Source: Trichoplax sp. H2 (lineage: Eukaryota). Taken from it: a stretch of DNA of 64,000 bases. Shown piece after piece: positions 51,781 to 64,000 of this stretch (position 1 is the first letter of the stretch; the number at the start of each line of letters is the position of its first letter). Location: positions 124,001-188,000 of the forward strand of contig NOWV01000106.1 in assembly GCA_003344405.1 (NCBI GenBank). Direction: 5' to 3'. The position numbers were made by a program, and so were the translations under genes. Below the pieces are notes generated by a model. The model did no database searches. It was not told the DNA's origin and worked only from the letters and a program-made list of their open reading frames with translations.

Positions 51781-54700
51781 TCATCGCTTTCTTAACATAC
51801 AAATATGAGCCGTAAGCAAGTATTCCAAACGTTGCTTTTCTGCTTGCAATAGAGAAATTTGATCCTTTAAATTGCCTTGCTCCTTTTCGAGTACCTCAGT
51901 CTCCTGTTATCAACGGACATACAATTATTTGAACAGTTAGATTTTTCGATTAGAATTTATCCAACTGAATAAAAATATTGAGTACAGAAAAATCTATTTA
52001 CAAAGACTTTGGGTAGATCTTTAATTTTCAAAATTATTACTATTTAGGTTTATAATATGGACTAGATAAGTCAGCGTAAACTAATTAACTTCTATAACCT
52101 TGGTGAGCGTTTCTATCCTTTTCTTTCTCCGATTGCGGCATCTCATCGCTGCGACTTTGTTTTTTTCTCTACGAATCTTTTTTCTTTCGTCCTCATCTAA
52201 CTGTTTTAAAATGAAACACGAAATTCAGCCTTTTAATTTTTAAATAACATTACAAAGTAATTCACGAATGCATACTATAATTTCAGATATGACAGTATAC
52301 AGTACTAAAAATTTTGCATAAATTACATAGTTGTGCAGGACAGCGAATTTAGTACAGGGCTGAGATACAAGACAACTTTACTACTGTTTTTAAGGGATTC
52401 ACTTGTTTAATTAATACAGTAAGTCATTCAGGTATTACATCTCTTAGCACGGTACTATGGCAATGGTGTACTGTATGTTGTACGAGGAGTGCAATTTGTA
52501 ACATAGTAGTAATCCTTCGAAAAACAGGGGCTATTTGCTTTCAGTAATATACGTTTAGTATACTTACAGTACTTGGAAGAACTATTCCTATTACAGTACA
52601 TAATAATAATTATTATTATTATGAAGACTGTATACTGTTCTGTACTGTACATAACATAATACGCGTATACTCTCGTATGTTAAATTTCGCATACAGTATA
52701 CCGTAACATGACAAGAAGTTCCATTCTACAATGGCTTCAACAAAACTCTGCGTATACTGTAGCCGTTTGATTTGGCGTACATCGGAAATATCTTCATGCA
52801 GTTTAATTATAACTGATAGGAGATCGATAGATGACAAAACAGTTAGAATAGAACCTGTAAGCCTGATCAGTGTTCAAGAACAATAATAGAACTTCACTAA
52901 ATTCTGGCAATATTGACAGTATATTAATTGTCTATGTATTAAAATATAGTGATACAGTGAATTTGGGCAAATACCCACTGAATAAAATTGATATTGACTG
53001 TAATCCTGTCAACAACCTCCTGTAACTATCAATTAGATGAATTAGATAAAGAGCCAGTCAGTCTTTCACTTCTATCTGATCAAATCACTCGCTACATTGT
53101 CATAGATAATGCAAATTCTTCGGTCAGCTAAGCATAGTGTATCCTCGGTATTATCTTGTTTTGTCATTTACTGTAGCATGCTAGTCTCAAGTTACAATCA
53201 CGAAATACAGTACAATAGTCATATTTTCCCTCCTTATGTCCATCACCGTACGTTAGTTATCATAATGTGCTTTGTAGCATCAACTAAACTTAATATAGAA
53301 TTTTATCCGTGAATGCATTATTGGAAAGTAGTATTCTACAAGCATCGCTGTGAATATAGTAGTGTCTGGCTATTACCGGGATATATATAATGTCGAATGG
53401 TAATACGATCTGTTAATTATTAACAAATGGGTACATTATCGTAAACCGTCAGCAAAGCGACATGAGTTTGTACTAGTGTACATAAAAGTGTGAGAGAAAA
53501 TATACAGTAGACCTTTAGCATAGGTAATACTGTACAAAATCTTATGGAAATAAATAACTATTGTAGTACCGTTACTGTACACTGTACAGTACTGTACAGT
53601 ACTACTATTATAACGTGTGATCCGTTTCCTTCGATATATTTGAATAGTAAAAATTAGAAGTAAACGCTTAAAAAAGATCAATCGCTATGAACCTTCCTAT
53701 ACGCATAGGTCTCTTATTATAGAAAGTTACCTACTAATTGATTCATCTTTATCCCAATTAGAAATGGCTACTGTGATCAAGCGAAAACTCGCCATTATAC
53801 AGTAATTTTTTATGCCTTTTTTTGCATGCTACAATACAGTCTGAATTCTATAGTACTGTACAGTACGTACTGTACACTCAGGCAACTGTTACGGCGCGAA
53901 CTGTATGTTGGTAGAACCGACCGTACATGTACCAGTGACTGTTGGTTTGTATTAGAACTTCAAAGAAATAAAATAACTTCAACTTTTGGTGCCTACAGTG
54001 ATAATAATACTATACATACGCTACAGTACATTTTTAAAACAGATGTTGCATGTACTGTACTGTAGTTGCATGGCAGACACTTACTGTACTGTACAGTGTA
54101 CAGGTACTGTATCTCCGTTATTAGTACTGTACTGCACTGTCATGGACTACTACAGTACGGACTGCAAATATTCCGGGTTAAAGCAGCAGTCCCCAGATAT
54201 CTTTGAATTGACTATTAATATCCGCATATTTTATATTTACAACATAGCATACTGTACTGTACAGTAGCATATCACAATAGTATCTAGAATTATGATTATA
54301 AAACAAAGTTACAATTCATGCACATTGTATCAAGTCATTGTATGCTTGAATTTGAAGTACTGTAGATGGATTATATGAGAGATACCTTACGGTAATACCT
54401 TCAAATTTCAATAGGTAATATAGAAGATTAGCCAAAATAGAAATATAAAATTACACACTACCAGTAGTGTACAGACTATAAATATGTAGTTATTTTATTA
54501 TTACCAGCCTCCCAGTAATAACAAATGGGACAATAAAGCATTTCATAATAAATGATATCGGCTATGCCGCACGACAGGCTTTAAGATCTGTAGTGTATGT
54601 ATGTCTGTATAATACTCGTATATTCTTGATTTATACGAACTGAAGTCTCGAAAGCTCCAGTTTCCGATAGTAGTGCCATGGTTAATGTCGTTGAAGGATC

Positions 54701-57343
54701 AGTAAAAGCAGTCCTTGTTATAACACTAGAGTAACAAACAACGCTGCATAAAAGATATGCATACTGTATAGTATACAAATGCCAAAGGAAATAAAAATAC
54801 TAAAAATACCATACAATTTCGGTTGTAACGTGATCGTGTATCTAATTCGAGGGTGAAAGCAACTGTTGTGAAAGACATGGAAATCAATCTCATACATGCC
54901 GTAAGATTTCCTTTACCGAAATCATCAGAGGTTCTAACCCGAAATTACTTTATAGGTTAGCTAGTAATTCTGCTGTGATAGAAACGTCTAGATTATAAGT
55001 AGACATGTTTTATGACGATTGGTGATATCATTATAACATGGTGTTTATAACATCTAAATACCGTCGGTGTCAATAATATTTTGTTTTAGTAGCCTTATTA
55101 CAAGAGTTATACATCAGTAAAAATAATCTATTGTACATTTTTGTACAGTACTGTAGATTAGATCAACTTAACAGTGTGGTATGCATTATCATTTATAATG
55201 TTAATCTACGATTATAACACTCCTCTAAAATTCTGTTCAATGCGTGTATCTGTTTATCAGATTGATCAAATTGTAAATTTTCTAATTAAATCAAGCACAT
55301 TATATCTCAAAGTCGATAGCGCTGTTATACCATGTTGTTGGAAATATTTAAAGAAGAGTTTGCAGCTACATTAGTAATTATTGGGATGGCGTAGCTATTG
55401 ATATATCAACTAACCTGTTTAGAATGTCTTCTTGAGCGTTTGGATGAACGCTGATTGCTATCGTTAGCATTATCCATACCTTTGTTCCACTTTGTTCTTC
55501 TGGAAAGCTAAAAATACGAAGCGTAGACAGTAAATTGAAAATTTTAGAAGATTTTATTGTACGACGTATGAGACTGCAATGTGTATAGTAACGGAATAGT
55601 AAATCAATTAGAAGTTATTCAATGGATTATGTGATACATTCATTTATTGTCGTGAATTAACTTAATACAAAAGGATGAGATGGATTTTCAGATTTCATTA
55701 TACTACCGATAACAAAACATAATCGTAATCACTACTCAAATACTGAATAATAGCAGTGTATTTCTGTATCACATTACATTATCGTCATCTAGATGTAATA
55801 ATGTAATAGAAAGATCTTAACCTATTCACTCATTGAGCAGGGATGAAAATATTGCTAGCTATCCTCATTATTAAGGATTGCAGTATTGAAAATAGAGGAA
55901 TCGAAAGCAAGCATCATGCCAGAGAAGTAGTGATTTAGAGCAACACTATTAAACTACATCAGTAACTGTGATAAAATTAATGATAATCTGGTAGAAGCAT
56001 CAACACATCAGTATATCAGATTGGAATCAAAAGTCATACTATTCAAGTAGTTCAGTAACCACCGTATAATAAAAAATTGATCTATGTAACTAGGTAGAAG
56101 GATAAATATACGATTACAGATTAGGATTGACAGTGCACGTCAACTTGCAACATTGTCAATTTTGAAGGATAAAGTTCATGCATAATTGAAGGGTATCCTG
56201 ATACCCGGTAGAAGATCATCAATTGGTTCAAGCCCTCTTATCAATCAGTATACAGACTTCCTTTTACATAGTTATATGGATTCGATCTCTAGATTCACGT
56301 CAACTATTCATGACAGTTAAGCTAAATAGTACGTATAACTGCTGTTGGTGTGTTTAATTACCGACTGAAACAGTGTCTCTTTATCGCTAGCAAATAGGTT
56401 GTGCCATGGTTGTGCAATATCCCTATTTGAAATTTTCTAAGTAGAGAACTAAAACTTTCACATAACAATGCTGATTAATAATTAACCTTTAACCACTCCA
56501 TTGTAAAGTACTGTATACAGTGTTGTATAACACGGCGACAAACACTACATTACATCATCCTGTTACAAAAGATTCACCTTTGGTAGAATATTTATTGCTG
56601 AATCATGGAATAAAATGTTCAATGAACTCCTTATACTGTTTTCAAGGCCAATAATTGGCGTTGATTTACGTGGTATGCGTAGGACACTATTATGCTGTAC
56701 GAGTATACTGGCAAAGTTATAGTAAAGATAAATTACTCCTTCAATGAGGAAATTTCGTGACCGAATTATTCACTGTCTAAGGATATTATTAAAGATGCTA
56801 CGCGGAGATTCCAGTACAACGAATCTAGGAACTGTCAGTTGATGTACAGCTAACTTTATAAAATAAACTAACAGTAAGTAAACAGTGGTAGGTACCACAT
56901 CCCACTCAGGAAGGTTAGGCGGAATAACCGACTATTATATTATTGTACGTATGCATTCTGGTGCTGTACCGTATGGACCAAAGTCAGTAGTAAGGCTTGC
57001 GTATTGAAGCCAGTACTATACTGTACTGTACAACTGTACAGTACTATGATTGGATTTTATTTTGACGTACCGAAATAACAACAAGTTGCCAGTAGAACTA
57101 TCTACTTTTTACCCTCCTTCACTACTCTATTCGTGTGTCGGCTTTCCAGTGAATGTTGTATCCAAAGTATCAGTACAAACAGTAAACTGGTGGCAGTAGC
57201 TACTTGTAATTATAATAGGAGTCTTAATTTGTAATTTTATTGGACTAATTTTAACGAAACGATACAACAACAGTTGGACGTCCATAGAGGAAGTAAAAGT
57301 TCAAAATAGATGATACCTGCAACAATTTGATGTGATCTGCCAT
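51781..57343 (-). CDS. Minimal (~114 aa) Fos/ATF3/JDP2-family bZIP transcription factor; exons 57343-57317, 55507-55415, 52200-52099, 51903-51781
   Basis: Basic region LDEDERKKIRREKNKVAAMRCRNRRKKRIETLTK; zipper ETEVLEKEQGNLKDQISLLQAEKQRLEYLLTAHIC with the Fos/ATF3-type terminal His..Cys. Phase-0 introns directly before and after the basic-region exon, as in Fos/ATF3 genes. Exon 1 is the least certain. Confidence 0.88.
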
Positions 57344-58019
57344 AAATCAGCTTGGATCGTGGATTCTTATTTTCTCGCCAGACAAATCCAATGGAAGAGA
57401 GTCGAAATCTTGTTTCTTTTCGCCTTCGAAGTAATAATAAAGTAGCCGATCTTGTAGCAAGTTGGAGGCTTGCAGACTTGGACTTGATCCCAAATCGTAG
57501 AAATTGTGACTAGCTACGATAGTAAAACGTATTTATTATACTGTATTGTAACTGTATTACTACCGTGTCATTATTGTTTTACTGTACTGTATTAATAAAT
57601 TTATTTATTTGTACTGTACTGTACTGTACTGTACGTACCGTCTGTACAGTGTACAGTATACTGTACTGTACAACCTCCTATGTACTGTAATATTACACAA
57701 CAGTCACAGCCTCTATTCGGTACTGTACGAGCTTGAAATGGCCACAAAGACACATACTGTACTATATAAGTGATACAACCTTCGGGAAAACAGTACTATA
57801 CGCACTATCAAGCAAGAATGCCACGTAAGCAATATGCTACATATTGTGTAATAATTATTACATACTGTACGGTATATGAGGTGTTGCTCTAGCAGATGAG
57901 AAAATTCTCCGAATGTTATCAAGCTACTTTTTTTGTACATTTTCCATCCTTGTATTACAAATCGGACAGGAATGTGTCATTAAGATAGGTTAATATCAAG
58001 TTCATCGCATTGAGTTTGT

Positions 58020-58237
58020 TGACGTATTGTACGTAAATTTCTGTTAACCATATACGTCATGTCATGTTAAGCTGACGTAATTCACAGGTAAATTTCACTA
58101 CGGTCGGTGACATTTCTCGAAAATGCGGAAGTCTTCTCATGTGTCATTCCAGTACAGTACAATGTACTGTACTGGAATGGAAGTCTCTAGAACTGCCCTG
58201 TTTCCAGTGCAGCACAGTACAGTATGACTGTGACTCA
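58020..58237. promoter_or_regulatory. Cluster of CRE-like sites and one AP-1 site upstream of the minus-strand bZIP gene
   Basis: TGACGTA 58020-58026, TACGTCA 58053-58059, TGACGTAA 58073-58080, TGACTCA 58231-58237. Confidence 0.5.
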
Positions 58238-61200
58238 CGTACAGGTTATTGCGCAACTTAGTGTACTGTACAGTTACAGTACATTAAAATTACAGTACTG
58301 TACAGTACTGTACTGTACATCCAGTTATTTTTAACATCTGCATTTTGTAGAGGTCGACGGTAATGTACTGTATTCCTGCTGTACTGTATGAACTTAATTA
58401 ACCTTGAGGGTCTCTACAGTACTGTACAGTATTCGGCAATTCATGTACTGTACTGTACAAGTGTACCATGTACACGATACAATGTATTGGTACATTCATT
58501 CATCCATTTAGTGTTCGTGAACGCCTAGTAACGCTGACACTGCATAAAGTGTATATTTTGCTAAAGTTTCCCTTGTCTTTACTTGCCGTAACAAATATTT
58601 TACATACGATATGAATTATAGAATGGAGCATATCGCTTCTTCAATTGTACGGTAAACGTGTAAACAGTACAGTATTCGGAACTAAATGAGATGGAAAGAA
58701 ATTTGAAAAAAACGATAGAGGATGGGTGCCTATCACGACGTTGGTGATGTGATTCATCTACGAGTGATGTCAGATCCTTCACTCTAAATCCGCATGACGC
58801 GAGTACAATCATTCATACTGCGCTCATTCGCTATATGCGTACTTTACGTATTGTATGTACTTGAACTTCTTACTTAACACTAGTCCTACCTGTTGTGATG
58901 TAATTGACTATAAATATTACATTAGATATCCAGTAGATTTGCCTCTAAAGGATAGATTGGCATACCCATTATGACGCAACTGGATTGCAATAGCTCTGAC
59001 AGAATTAGAAAATGAAGTTTACTTTCACAAATAGTTATTTTCATTCTTCGTAGTGCTTAAAACTGTAATATATATATCTTATAATAAGGGCACGGTACTA
59101 GATTGCATCATCTTTTAGTTTTTACAGCAAGAGATATTTGAAATGTAGATTTAATAGGGCCAAAATATTACGATAAATTATGATAGTGAACAACAATAAT
59201 TTGACGTAATCATCAGGAGTGCAGATATCTGAAATAATTTTAAAGTTAAAAGTTGATTTTAATATGGACTCATTTCATTTTTTAATAGGATTAATTGTAT
59301 TAATGCAATGAAATTACTTACTATTTACAGCAAATTATGCTGTAATGATGTAAATTTTAATCTCCATTATGATTATAATAACGCTACGGAGCAAATTTTT
59401 GTTTAAATGAAGCAATATAACTGAAATGATACAATTACCGTATATCTTTACATGTAAGAATTGTACATTTACAGTAAGTATTACAAATAGGTTCAGAAAA
59501 ATTGACATAAAACGATTGATATATAAAAATTGTTTAACAGATATCTTTGTTCTAAGTGCACGTGTCTGATAAGTCAGGAATTGTAAATGCCTAACTGCGA
59601 CGAAATACGCATTTGCTAAAATTTCAAACGTAATACCTCAAGTACTGGTACACATGCTGCAAATATAGAAAGTACAAAATTGATCACTTCTAATAATAGT
59701 AGTTCAGTGCCCAATATATCATCAGTTGAAATATCGTATACTAACAAGCTTCTAAGTACGTATAAGTGTCCAAATCCACTCATAATTTTTCATATTATAA
59801 AAGAAAAACTGTTTACTAAACTTTATCTAAGGATTAATAAATCTCAATTATGTATTATTCTTATTGTCATCTCTTGTCGATTATATCAGCACAACCCACT
59901 GAACAAAAATAATATTAAATTGGCAGACAAGAGTGTTTCTAGCAAATTGGAGACTAAATAGACTGAAGTTAAGCCAGTTGAGGCATTGTGTTTTCTATTA
60001 GAACTACAAATGAGTTCCTAAGGATAACGGAACATATTATCTTGTGATTCGGTGTTTTGAGAGATAGACAATAAAGTTTATATGTAGACTAGCAGACCTT
60101 CGTATTATACGTTAATGTTGTACTATTCGTATAACATTGTATTCATTGATTACTTTAGCCATTTAAAAATTTACCAAAGGTGTTGTATTATGGGAAATAT
60201 GTTAATAAATGTTATGTGCCAGTTGAACGGGTCGATTTTTAGGAATAATAAGAGAGAAAATATCTTCAAGGCATACGGCTATTTTTTATGTATAGCATAA
60301 AGAAATTTTTGCAGCCTATAAAGAGCTTCGAGGGAATGAAGTTTTACTTTACCTTTTACCTTAAGAGATTAAAAATTATGGGTATACGCGTATGTAGAAA
60401 ACAAAGTGTTGTACGGTACCATATTCCGAACCTTGACCTTGGACACGCAATGCTACATATACAATTATACTCTACATACGTAAAAGAGGTTATTAACCCA
60501 TTGTACCTATTGTACGGACTTCTTGACCTAATATGGAAGTAACTCATAAATAAATTATTTCAACCCCATTCATTCCTTTCTTATAGTTGACTAGATTTAT
60601 TGTTGTTAGTCTTCTCTGTGTCTTAACGACACTATTCTTAGCATTTTTTTTTACTGGAATTTGTATTGATTACGCATTGCAGTGTGGAATGAAATGACAT
60701 TCTTTTTCATTTAAGGTATATATATATATTGTAAAAGTGAGTAGTCCTCTACTTTCTTTTCCCCCCCCCCCAAAAAAAAAAATTTAAATTTTGTTATACA
60801 ATTTGACTGTGTATAGCGCGTAATACAAATGGTATCGACTATCAAATTCTACAAATCGGTTACTATGGTCACATCTTATCATTATTTTATTTCTCACCTC
60901 ACCAGTTTTACACAATCTTATTAGTTGCTGAATGCTGTAATGTATATCCTTAGGCAAATTCTATCGATCAGGAAGCAGTCTTTTTCTCAACTAGTATAGT
61001 GTTTACTTACAGTGAATTAGTAGCACTCTAGAATACAGTATCAAAGCGAAGGCTAATGTTTCAATGATACCGCATTTACCGACTGTTAAGTATGGTTTCA
61101 AACTGATAAGCTTTAAAAGTATATTCAGTCATGAAATAACTTTTAAATCTACTTAGCGCTATGTATAAATGTAATAATGGATTAAGTATGATTATTTGGT

Positions 61201-61510
61201 GGAACAAAGCGTTAGTATTTATGATTTCTGAATGATACGAGTATAACTAAGATATTGCCAACATAAGATTCTGCATGGTACATTGCACACTATTTTATAC
61301 GCATATGCGCATATATTCGACGAATTGAGGAATGATGAAACACTAATGAAACACCATCCGCCACGCCTTTACATCACTTTTAACATATTCCGATTGCATC
61401 ATGCGGCATCAAGGCATAGACTCAATTTGCTACTGCTCTATTAAAATATCACTTTAAAATACGTAACTAGCCTAGCTACTAGTAAGCAACTTGGCATGAT
61501 ACAAGAATAC

Positions 61511-62303
61511 ATCAGTATTCCGGACACTTTTAATTAAATTAAATTTCTATAAAGCGTGTTGTCTCAGGATGTTTACATTTATTTACTAGCTGCTAAGTAG
61601 TACTTTCTAGAAACTCTTGTTCTATTCTGCAAAAACTGTTTACAGTAATTAGCAATTAAGTAGAGACGGTAGACGGTCCTGTACTGTACAGTAGAGTGAC
61701 ATACTGTACTGTACTGTACAGTACAGTACTGTACTGTACACTGTACTGTATAGTACTGTATACTGTAGTCCGACTGGGATACTGTACAAATCATGAACAT
61801 TGTTGACTCACTGCGCAGACACTCTAATAACCAATAACTACAGGGAGCGGAACATCAAACAGACACTATCCTCCACTTTCTATAAAAATCTAAAATATCC
61901 TCCAACACCATACTGCTTCATGACTNNNNNNNNNNNNNNNNNNNNATCAGTATTCCGGACACTTTTAATTAAATTAAATTTCTATAAAGCGTGTTGTCTC
62001 AGGATGTTTACATTTATTTACTAGCTGCTAAGTAGTACTTTCTAGAAACTCTTGTTCTATTCTGCAAAAACTGTTTACAGTAATTAGCAATTAAGTAGAG
62101 ACGGTAGATGGTCCTGTACAGTACTGTACTGTACAGTATACTGTAGTCCGACTGGGATACTGTACAAATCATGAACATTGTTGACTCACTGCGCAGACAC
62201 TCTAATAACCAATAACTACAGGGAGCGGAACATCAAACAGACACTATCCTCCACTTTCTATAAAAATCTAAAATATCCTCCAACACCATACTGCTTCATG
62301 ACT
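61511..62303. repeat. Direct duplication across an N-gap (61511-61925 vs 61946-62303); probably two haplotypes or an assembly overlap
   Basis: Near-identical copies on each side of the 20-N gap, differing mainly in the length of the internal CAGTA/TACTG tract. Confidence 0.9.
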
Positions 62304-62521
62304 GCTTGCAATATGCACAATTGTATACTAATGAATAGTATAGCACAATGTATAATTTAAAATTTATTATTTATACCCTAAAATAATAGAATTAATAATA
62401 ACTATCATTTTGCCACTATAGCGAGCTATAGTGCAGTAGCTCTACAAAAGCCTTTTAGCAATGAATGGTTTGCGAATACTGACTACTGTATTTCTGCGTC
62501 CAAATCTGATGACGATCACTG

Positions 62522-62600
62522 TGACGTAACAATTACAAATACGTATTCTATCTACATTAGCATATAAAAATAGAGTTCAGTTGACGTCACCACGCATAAA
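62522..62600 (+). promoter_or_regulatory. CRE sites and TATA-like element upstream of the plus-strand ATF3-like gene
   Basis: TGACGTAA 62522-62529, TATAAAAA 62563-62570, perfect palindromic CRE TGACGTCA 62582-62589. Confidence 0.5.
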
Positions 62601-63128
62601 AATAGATTCAAGTTTTGGGCTTGCCAACCATGTCAACATCGTTTGTTTTCATCCTATCAATGAGTATATAGTATTTGAAACAGCCTCTATTCATATTGAT
62701 TTCGTAATGAGAGGATTACCGTAGACCGGCGACAGTATGAAGTAACGAATATTATCAACAATCCAATAGTATACGTACTAACAAGTAGGATTTCTACGAA
62801 CTGCACAGCAGTCTATAGTACAGTTCGTAGAATAGTTTACGCCTTGAACAAAACTGCCCAGAAATCATTAGCATAACAAAACAAATTCTATTTTTACTGT
62901 ATCGTACAATGTAAATAATTGTTTTGTTTGTTTTTTTATTTTTGGCAATATATATAGAGAGCATCCATGCCTTCATTCAGCGACAGTATAAATAAATGTT
63001 GTTAAAGGGCAATGGGATCAGTTTAGCCCTGTCGACACAGCAGTTATATTGTCTGCAGTAATACTATTAAAATTAACCTTCCCATTTCATTTTAATTCAA
63101 TAACTTTCAGCAAGTTGTCAAGATTGCA

Positions 63129-63901
63129 ATGGCTTATCACTACGATATGACGAATTCCATAAACTATCAAGAGCCGCAATTTAGCATGGGATCACAGGTA
63201 TTTTTCTGAACTTTTATGACAAATAGATTAGATTGAAGCTAGCCACTGTACAATTAGAATGGAATACTGTCGAGTAGGAGTAAAATAACATTTGTGATTG
63301 CTCTAAGTAATAGCTTAAGATAGAGGATATCAAACAGTTATATACAGTACTGTATTACGTAGAGTACAGAAGAGCGGCAGCATACATATAATAGTAGTTC
63401 TACTTGTATAAATGGTAATTGTTCTCGTTAGTAAAATAGCAAACTTGACTTATGGATCATTGTATCGTTCTGCACTTGTATATGGTTACACGGTCATTGT
63501 ACCTAAACAAGCATATAAGATGTCTATACGATTAGTAATACTATAGTTTCTCATTCAATCATGTACAAGTCGCATAACTGCTAAAATAGTAATCACTAAC
63601 TAGCAGTTAAGAAGTTATTTATTACCGTATTAACTTGCAAAAAAACTTCCGTCAAATAGTACTTTACAACTAATTATCTATGTTTTAATGTTACGATACA
63701 CAGATGCCATTCAAAAATTACAATACTATGGAAGTACAATCGGCTTTATACGAAGAAGAAGAAGATGATACAAATATCTACAAGGCAGTCATGCCTCAGT
63801 TTGTTCGTCATAACCTAAAGATGAAATTATTGGCTAGAAACCCTGAAAACTGTTACGATACATTTAAAGTTCCTCAACCAAGATATAGAAAACCTGTTGA
63901 G
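63129..63901 (+). CDS. 5' exons (63129-63197, 63704-63901) of a probable ATF3-like bZIP gene; continues beyond the right edge
   Basis: MAYHYDMTNSINYQEPQFSMGSQ|MPFK...AVMPQFVRHNLKMKLLAR...RYRKPVE| with phase-0 introns. The PQFVRHNLKMKL segment resembles the ATF3 N-terminal motif TPFVKEELRFAI, and the exon ends where ATF3/Fos genes splice to the basic-region exon. The bZIP itself is outside the window. Confidence 0.55.
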
Positions 63902-64000
63902 GTTGGTTAATCTTAATTTTAGATTCTCATTTAAATTTATGATAGATCCTTATAACTTTAGATTTTACGTACAATGCAGTCATCAAGCATAGTACATAAG

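Noticed and set aside
61800-62360. Duplicated ORFs MLTHCADTLITNN as a tandem gene pair
   Set aside because: Non-ATG starts, no recognisable domain, and the duplication flanks an assembly gap.

Overview
AT-rich, gene-dense eukaryotic genomic DNA with short spliceosomal introns and two 20-N gaps (21631-21650, 61926-61945). Gene content, compactness and style suggest an early-branching animal; a placozoan (Trichoplax-like) is my inference, not verified. By manual splicing I reconstruct 12 protein-coding genes: TATDN3 (-, runs off the left edge), GPATCH11 (+), an uncharacterised Cys-motif protein with a C-terminus resembling fungal/protist proteins (-), an NSL1/Mis14-like gene (+), PUS10 (-), a Dictyostelium/bacterial-type deoxynucleoside kinase (+), CLPTM1 (+), LCLAT1 (-), HECTD1 (+), a two-EF-hand protein ending in a CaaX box (+), a minimal Fos/ATF3-family bZIP whose exons are all absent from the ORF track (-), and the 5' part of a probable second ATF3-like gene (+, runs off the right edge). 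Main points of interest: a head-to-head pair of ATF3/Fos-type genes sharing a CRE/AP-1-rich spacer; linkage matching the vertebrate Fos/ATF3 paralogon; CAGTA/TACTG pentamer tracts concentrated at gene 5' ends; two adjacent tandem-repeat families (~197 bp and 137 bp); two GC-AG introns; and a 4.8-kb exon in HECTD1. No prokaryotic systems, CRISPR arrays, rRNA or tRNA genes were recognised. All homology calls are from recall of the protein families, with no database search.
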